From: Parvularculaceae bacterium
GTDB lineage: Bacteria; Pseudomonadota; Alphaproteobacteria; Caulobacterales; Parvularculaceae
DNA: 64,000 nucleotides
NCBI GenBank assembly: GCA_965263305.1
Contig: OZ253666.1
Span: 1,773,511 to 1,837,510, forward strand
Reading direction: 5' to 3'
The notes under the pieces are model-generated. The model worked only from the letters and a program-made list of their open reading frames with translations, did not search any database and was not told the origin of the DNA. Shown piece by piece: positions 58,742 to 64,000 of this stretch (positions within the stretch are counted from its first letter, which is position 1; the number at the start of each line of letters is the position of its first letter). A program made the position numbers and the translations under genes.

Positions 58742-60163
58742 TTAAATCGAGGCGTCGTAATTTTCATCGCCGATGGCGTCATATGGCCACCGGGCGGAGA
58801 CCCATGCGCCCGATTCGTTGGATCCGTCGTTCCACTCTCTATTCGCGAAGGCGATATCAGCGCCCGTCCGTTCCAGAAGGGTTTTAGCGATAAAAAAGCC
58901 TAGCCCCATGCCCTTTTTTCTGCCCGCCGCGGTGCGGGACTTAGCGCGGACGCTGACATAGGGTTCACCAAGCCGCGTCAGAACGTCTGGCGAAAAGCCG
59001 GGCCCGTCATCCAGGATAGAGATGGTGACGCCTTGCTTATCCCAAGCGGCCGAAATCAGCACCTTTGACGAGGCGTAACTGGCGGCGTTTTCGATGAAGT
59101 TTCGCAGGCCGTATATTATTTCAGAGCGTCGGCGGAAGGTTGGGATGCGCGCGTCGCCATCTTCCGCCGTTTCTGCCCCGCCATCGGCGCTAACAAGATT
59201 GATCATCACATCGACACCGTTCGCAGGGCCTTCGGGCGCGTCGAGAAACGGGTTGGCCGCCTCACGCAGGAGAAGGTCAAGCGCGATGGACGACAGCATG
59301 GTATCGCTCTCCACATCGCGATTGGACAGACGGCCGAGAATATCGCGACATCGCTTCGCCTGGCTCACCAATAATCGCGCGTCTTCTGCGAGGAGGTCTT
59401 CTTCAAAGGGCGCGCCGTCGGCGATTTCATCGGCCATCTCCTTGGCGGTGACCTGAATGGTGGCAAGGGGCGTTCCCAACTCATGGGCGGCGGCGGCGGC
59501 AAGGCCGCCAATGGCGGCGAGTTGTTCTTCGCGCGCCAGAGTCAATTGCGTTTCGGCAAGCGCGCTTTTCATTTGCGCGGCCTCGGCGGCGATGCGGTGG
59601 GCATAGGCGGCGAAGAACGCGACGGCGAATGATAGAGAAACCCAAACGCCGGCGATGTAGGTCGCTGGCAATGACAATGTTTCTCCGGGCGCCCAAGGCA
59701 GTGGGTAATGCAGGCCCCCGATAACAGAGACGCCCGCCAAAGCGAGAGCGCCAATCATAACGGTCAGGCGAAGGGGCAAAACACTCGCCGCGATCGTTAC
59801 GGGCGCGAGAATAAGAAGCGCGAAAGGGTTGTGCAGCCCGCCGGTAAAAGCAAGCAGCGCGCATAGCTGCAGAATATCGAAGGCGATAAACAAAGCGGCC
59901 TGGCGATCGGACAGAAAATGTTGTGGCGAAAAGCGAAGAAGCGAGAAGATATTCAGCCAGGCGCTCGCCGCGATGGCGGCGAGGCATAAGCCCAGAGGCA
60001 GCGGAAACGCGAACCCGAAATAAACCAAAAGGATCGCCGCTGTTTGGCCCGCGACCGCCAGCCAGCGCAGGGCGATCAATGTGCGAAGGCGCACCGGCCC
60101 CCTGAGCGAGCGGCGATCAGCCGATGACGGCGTCTCTATCACATTGTGCGCATCTCTAAACAT
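58742..60163 (-). CDS. regB: Membrane sensor histidine kinase RegB/ActS/PrrB
   Basis: Multi-TM N-terminus, H-box …AAAAHELGTPLATI…, HATPase domain. Adjacent to regA. Confidence 0.8.
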   Translation of the reverse strand: MFRDAHNVIETPSSADRRSLRGPVRLRTLIALRWLAVAGQTAAILLVYFGFAFPLPLGLCLAAIAASAWLNIFSLLRFSPQHFLSDRQAALFIAFDILQLCALLAFTGGLHNPFALLILAPVTIAASVLPLRLTVMIGALALAGVSVIGGLHYPLPWAPGETLSLPATYIAGVWVSLSFAVAFFAAYAHRIAAEAAQMKSALAETQLTLAREEQLAAIGGLAAAAAHELGTPLATIQVTAKEMADEIADGAPFEEDLLAEDARLLVSQAKRCRDILGRLSNRDVESDTMLSSIALDLLLREAANPFLDAPEGPANGVDVMINLVSADGGAETAEDGDARIPTFRRRSEIIYGLRNFIENAASYASSKVLISAAWDKQGVTISILDDGPGFSPDVLTRLGEPYVSVRAKSRTAAGRKKGMGLGFFIAKTLLERTGADIAFANREWNDGSNESGAWVSARWPYDAIGDENYDASI

Positions 60164-60356
60164 GCCGTGGTCCTCGGTTCGAATCGTTCGCTGAGCTTAT
60201 AAGCCTGTCGCGTGGTTTCACGCCATGACCCACAATCCGCCGCACCCCTGCGCGGCGATGAGGCTACTGGCGATGCCCCGCCCGCTGCCTTATGTCGGGG
60301 TGAAGCGTCGTACCTAAAAGAGGCCCTTGGTCGTCAACTAAGCAGGAACAGCGGAC

Positions 60357-60986
60357 ATGAAGCCCACACCATTGATCGCCGCCGCGTTTTCGTTTCTGAG
60401 CGTTCTTGTCGCTTGCGGCCGGGGCGATCAAGCGACGTATCCAGCCGAAGCGGTCATTCAACTCTCTGATCAATTCACGGGTGACTTTGATCTTGTCGAT
60501 ATGAACGGAGCGCCGAAAAAGTCTGAGGATTTTGCGGGCAAAATCCAGTTTATTTATTTCGGCTTTGCGTCCTGTCCGGATGTGTGCCCCTTGGCGCTTG
60601 GTCGCTTGAGCGCTGGCCTCAATGCATTGTCGGAGAAGGAGTTGGCCGAAATCGCGCCTCTTTTCATCACCGTTGATCCTGAGCGGGACACGCCGGAGGT
60701 TCTGAAAACCTTCTTGTCCTTCGATGAGAGAGTGCTTGGCCTGACGGGCGAGCCGGCCGCGGCGGAGGCGGCCCGGCTGGCGTTTAAAACCTACGCCGAA
60801 AAACGCCCCCTAGAGGGGTCAGCTCTCGGATATACGATGGACCATTACAGCCTGTTCTATGTCGTGGATCGCCAAGGTCAGCCGCGCATCGCGTTAACGG
60901 ATGCGGTAAATGGCGATGAAATCGCGAGCGTTCTGCGCCGCGCGCTAAAGTGGAAACCTGTCGACAAAGATAAGCCATTGAAATAA
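60357..60986 (+). CDS. senC: SCO1/SenC-family copper chaperone/thiol-disulfide protein
   Basis: FGFASCPDVCP (CxxxC) and a conserved His. N-terminal lipoprotein-like signal …LSVLVAC. Divergent from regBA, as in Rhodobacter. Confidence 0.85.
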   Translation: MKPTPLIAAAFSFLSVLVACGRGDQATYPAEAVIQLSDQFTGDFDLVDMNGAPKKSEDFAGKIQFIYFGFASCPDVCPLALGRLSAGLNALSEKELAEIAPLFITVDPERDTPEVLKTFLSFDERVLGLTGEPAAAEAARLAFKTYAEKRPLEGSALGYTMDHYSLFYVVDRQGQPRIALTDAVNGDEIASVLRRALKWKPVDKDKPLK

Positions 60987-61181
60987 CGAGGCTTTTTTGA
61001 CCGTCCGCCCGTTTTGCGCGCTGGGTGATTGTTTTTACACATTATGATAAAGATGCTGTAATGTTGCATTGCGATATAAGGACGTGCGATTATTTGCGTT
61101 CCGCGAACACAGCTGGGCTTTGGCGCGTGTTTCGCAAGCGCGAGAAAATGGCAGCACGGATCAGTAAGGGTAAAAATCATC

Positions 61182-62471
61182 ATGCTTTATTCCGCTTATG
61201 AAATGGGTCTGTTGGCGATGGCGCCGGCGCGCTACGCTGCAGGCATGGGCGCGCAGTTTTGGCGCTCGCCCATGAACCCCATGGCGGAAAGCTGGTGGGG
61301 GCGCACATCCGCTGCGGCCCTTGATGTTTTTGAGAACATGACTCGGCGCTATCCGAAACCGGAATGGGGCATCACCGATACCCTCGTAAACGGCGAAAGC
61401 GTGCCGGTGACCATCGAGACGGTCGCCCATCGTGATTTCGGCAATCTAATCCGTTTCAGAAAAGACGAACTATCCTATCGGCGGGCCCAAAAGCAGGCTG
61501 ACCGTCCGATGGCGGATGACCCCAAGGTGATGATCGTCGCCCCGTTATCGGGCCATTACGCGACGTTGCTGCGCGGGACCGTTGAAGCGATGCTGCCCGA
61601 GCATGATGTGTACATCACTGATTGGACGAATGCGCGGATGGTGCCGTTATCGGCTGGCCGGTTCGACCTGAATGACTTCATCGATTACCTCATCGATTTT
61701 CTCCACGTCATTGGCGAAGGCGCCCACGCCATGGCCGTATGCCAGCCAGGGCCCGCCATGTTGGCGGCGACGGCGGTGATGGCGGAGCGCGAAGACCCGT
61801 GCATCCCGGCCTCCATGGTGATCATGGGCAGCCCGATCGACACGCGCCGCTCTCCGACCGTGCCCAATGTTCTTTCTCAAGAACGGTCCTTTGAATGGTT
61901 TGAGCGGAATATGATTTACGCAACACCGGCCCCCTATCCGGGCATGTTGCGCCGGGTTTATCCGGGGTTCGTTCAACTCTTCTCGTTCCTGTCGATGAAC
62001 TCAGATCGCCATGTCAGCGCCCACTATGATTACTATTTGAATCTCGTGAAGGGCGATGGCGATAGCGCCGATAAGCACCGGACATTTTATGATGAGTATT
62101 TGTCCGTTATCGACCTGACGGAGGAGTTTTACCTCCAGACGATCCGCGCCGTTTTCCAAGAGCACCATTTGCCGGAAGGGCGTTTCCTTCACCGGGGCCG
62201 CGTGGTGCGCCCCGATCTCATCACGAAGACCGCTTTGATGACGGTTGAGGGCGAGAACGACGACATCTCTGGCATTGGCCAGACCCAAGCCGCCCATGAT
62301 TTATGCGTGAATATTCCAGAGGCGAAGAAGGTTGATTACATCCAGGCCGACGTGGGTCACTACGGTGTCTTCAACGGGTCGCGCTGGCGCAAAGAAATTC
62401 AGCCGCGCGTGCGGGACTTCATTGCCAAAAACCGGACCGATAAGGCGTCGAAGAACGCCAGCGCCGCCTAA
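61182..62471 (+). CDS. phaZ: Intracellular poly(3-hydroxyalkanoate) depolymerase
   Basis: N-terminus MLYSAYEMGLLAMAP… and overall similarity to the PhaZ1-type intracellular PHB depolymerase family. Confidence 0.8.
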   Translation: MLYSAYEMGLLAMAPARYAAGMGAQFWRSPMNPMAESWWGRTSAAALDVFENMTRRYPKPEWGITDTLVNGESVPVTIETVAHRDFGNLIRFRKDELSYRRAQKQADRPMADDPKVMIVAPLSGHYATLLRGTVEAMLPEHDVYITDWTNARMVPLSAGRFDLNDFIDYLIDFLHVIGEGAHAMAVCQPGPAMLAATAVMAEREDPCIPASMVIMGSPIDTRRSPTVPNVLSQERSFEWFERNMIYATPAPYPGMLRRVYPGFVQLFSFLSMNSDRHVSAHYDYYLNLVKGDGDSADKHRTFYDEYLSVIDLTEEFYLQTIRAVFQEHHLPEGRFLHRGRVVRPDLITKTALMTVEGENDDISGIGQTQAAHDLCVNIPEAKKVDYIQADVGHYGVFNGSRWRKEIQPRVRDFIAKNRTDKASKNASAA

Positions 62472-62632
62472 GCGCTTCTTTTTGATCCTTTCCTCATTGG
62501 TTTCAACGCTGTTCGCTTTACAGCGTTGATACGCCACGCCTAATGTCCCGGGTTGAACGGAACACGTCCAGCGATCATTCGGGATCTGGGCGCGTCAGGG
62601 AAAAACAATCAAAGAAGTGAGGGGCGCGCGGC

Positions 62633-64000
62633 ATGTCGCCAATCGAGAAATTCTACGCTTTTATCGATAATCTAAGCGGGTTCATCTGGGGCGGTTCATG
62701 GGGCTCTGCCACGATCCTGCCTATTGCGCCGATGGTGGTCGTACTGCTGGGGGCGGGGCTTTACTTTATGATCCGCCTGCGGGCGTTGCCGCTGCGCCGG
62801 TTGGGACCAGCATTTGGCAATCTATTCCGGGGCCGTGGTGAGGGTGTTGACCAAAGCGCCGGCGGGGACATTAGTCCGTGGAATGCTCTATCAACAGCGC
62901 TTTCGGGACAAGTCGGCACCGGCAATCTCGCTGGGGTGGCGACCGCGCTTACATTGGGCGGACCGGGCGCCATTTTCTGGATGTGGGTGACCGCGATCTT
63001 TGGCATGGCTGCGGCCTTTGCTGAATCAAGCCTTGCTGTGAAGTATCGCGAAACCGGCGAAGACGGCGAGGTGCAAGGCGGGCCCATGTATTACATCCGC
63101 AACGGCTTATCGCCGCGATGGCGTTGGTTGGCGGTATTTTTCGCGGTCGGCACGATGTTCTCTGCTGTCGTGACCGGCAACATGACCCAAGCGAATTCCA
63201 TCGCGACGGGCATCGCCTCAGCGACGCCGATCCCTGTTTGGGCGACCGGACTCGCGGTTGCGGCGTTGGCATTCATCGTCATTATCGGCGGCATTAAGTC
63301 AATTGGCGCCGTTGCAGGGCGTGTCGTTCCGGCGATGGCGCTCGGCTATATCCTCGTGGCGCTCATTATGCTGATTATCAACGCCGAACGCGTTCCCGCC
63401 GCCTTCGCCGACATTTTCGCCTATGCTTTCGGGTTTAAACAGGCGGTGGGCGGCGTCGCCGGCTACACCGTTTTACAAGCGATCCGCTTCGGTGTGGCGC
63501 GGGGGTTGTTTTCCAATGAAGCCGGGCAAGGATCGACCGCCATCGCCCATGCCGCCGCAAAAACCGATGATCCGGTTCAGCAAGGCGAAATTGCGATGCT
63601 GGGCGCGTTTATTGACACCATTGTCATCTGTACCATGACGGCCTTAGTCATTTTGTCGGTCAAAGGGCAATTCGTGTCCGGCGATGGCTTCGTCGATTAT
63701 GCATGGCAATCATCAACGTTGGCCGGCGCCCAGGTGACAACGGCCGTCTTTAACCAAGGCATGCCCTTTGGCGGCTTATTCATTGCCGTTGCCTTGGCGC
63801 TCTTTGCGTTCACGACGATCCTCGGTTGGGCGTATTACATGGAACAGGCCGTGACGTATTTGTTCGGCGAAAAAGCCGCCAAGCCAATGCGTTTCATCTG
63901 GGTGGGCATGGTCTTCGTTGGCGCCTTGCAAGAGATCGATTTCATCTGGCGATTGGGCGATCTCGCCAACGCGTCGATGGCGTTCCCGAACCTTATAGCC
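62633..64000 (+). CDS. Alanine/glycine:cation symporter (AGCS family), 3'-truncated by the window edge
   Basis: Manual translation from the ATG at 62633 gives MSPIEKFYAFIDNLSGFIWGG…ISPWNALSTALSGQVGTGNLAGVATAL…GGPGAIFWMWVTAIFGMA…, a canonical AGCS signature. There is no stop before the window end. Confidence 0.8.
   Translation, partial: MSPIEKFYAFIDNLSGFIWGGSWGSATILPIAPMVVVLLGAGLYFMIRLRALPLRRLGPAFGNLFRGRGEGVDQSAGGDISPWNALSTALSGQVGTGNLAGVATALTLGGPGAIFWMWVTAIFGMAAAFAESSLAVKYRETGEDGEVQGGPMYYIRNGLSPRWRWLAVFFAVGTMFSAVVTGNMTQANSIATGIASATPIPVWATGLAVAALAFIVIIGGIKSIGAVAGRVVPAMALGYILVALIMLIINAERVPAAFADIFAYAFGFKQAVGGVAGYTVLQAIRFGVARGLFSNEAGQGSTAIAHAAAKTDDPVQQGEIAMLGAFIDTIVICTMTALVILSVKGQFVSGDGFVDYAWQSSTLAGAQVTTAVFNQGMPFGGLFIAVALALFAFTTILGWAYYMEQAVTYLFGEKAAKPMRFIWVGMVFVGALQEIDFIWRLGDLANASMAFPNLIA

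Noticed and set aside
61000-61180. Imperfect inverted repeat CGCGAACAC…GTGTTTCGC upstream of phaZ as a PhaR operator
   Set aside because: The two arms differ by an indel, and I do not recognise the PhaR consensus with confidence.

Overview
This 64 kb window comes from a high-GC (about 60%) proteobacterial chromosome. Gene content (RegBA-SenC, PhaZ, MotAB, AGCS symporter) suggests an alphaproteobacterium.

Core-genome region (about 15.3-64 kb). Recognisable genes are pheS and pheT, a PilZ protein, YifB/ComM, two hybrid sensor kinases, AmpG, a PfkB/adenosine kinase, an SPFH protein, a MotA/MotB pair, HtpX, a DUF1674 protein, and a zinc-limitation-type pair (YpfJ metallopeptidase plus COG0523 GTPase). 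There is also a TetR/TonB-receptor nutrient locus with an aminotransferase, PDZ-peptidase, DAACS symporter and BNR-repeat protein, plus an M16 peptidase, regB/regA with divergent senC, phaZ, and a partial AGCS symporter at the right edge.

Accessory island (about 0.3-15.05 kb). The left 15 kb is clearly lower in GC and ends at the 3' end of a tRNA-Thr(CGT) gene. It contains mobile-element debris: an IS3 transposase fragment with an in-frame TGA, a tyrosine-recombinase C-terminal fragment, an IS5 fragment, and an intact IS1016-like IS1595-family element with 8-bp target duplications.

The island carries two cargo modules that I consider the most interesting content.
- A small gene encodes a peptide with a textbook double-glycine leader (LSxxELxxIxGG pattern) and a 28-aa, 4-Cys core. 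It is followed by a hairpin terminator and a 559-aa protein that fuses a C39-like N-terminal domain, a VKOR membrane thiol-oxidoreductase domain (loop Cys pair plus CXXC) and a C-terminal thioredoxin-fold CXXC domain.
- A seven-gene leftward operon encodes an unusual fusion of a UDP-sugar decarboxylase/epimerase-like SDR with an HMG-CoA-reductase catalytic domain. The other six genes are a 479-aa unknown protein, an ABC-2 exporter (ATPase and permease), a membrane fatty-acid-hydroxylase-family di-iron enzyme, an HHxxxDG (WS/DGAT or condensation-like) acyltransferase, and a secreted alpha/beta-hydrolase. Upstream of the operon are three TTAAG-N3-CTTAA palindromes.

A second small low-GC insertion (35.65-36.93 kb) carries a DUF2971 protein next to a secreted SNase-like nuclease. 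A TIR-like/TM/FGE-sulfatase-domain protein precedes a secreted S58 (DmpA-family) peptidase.

Coordinates derived from the ORF track are exact. Coordinates I derived by hand-indexing the sequence may be off by 1-3 nt.
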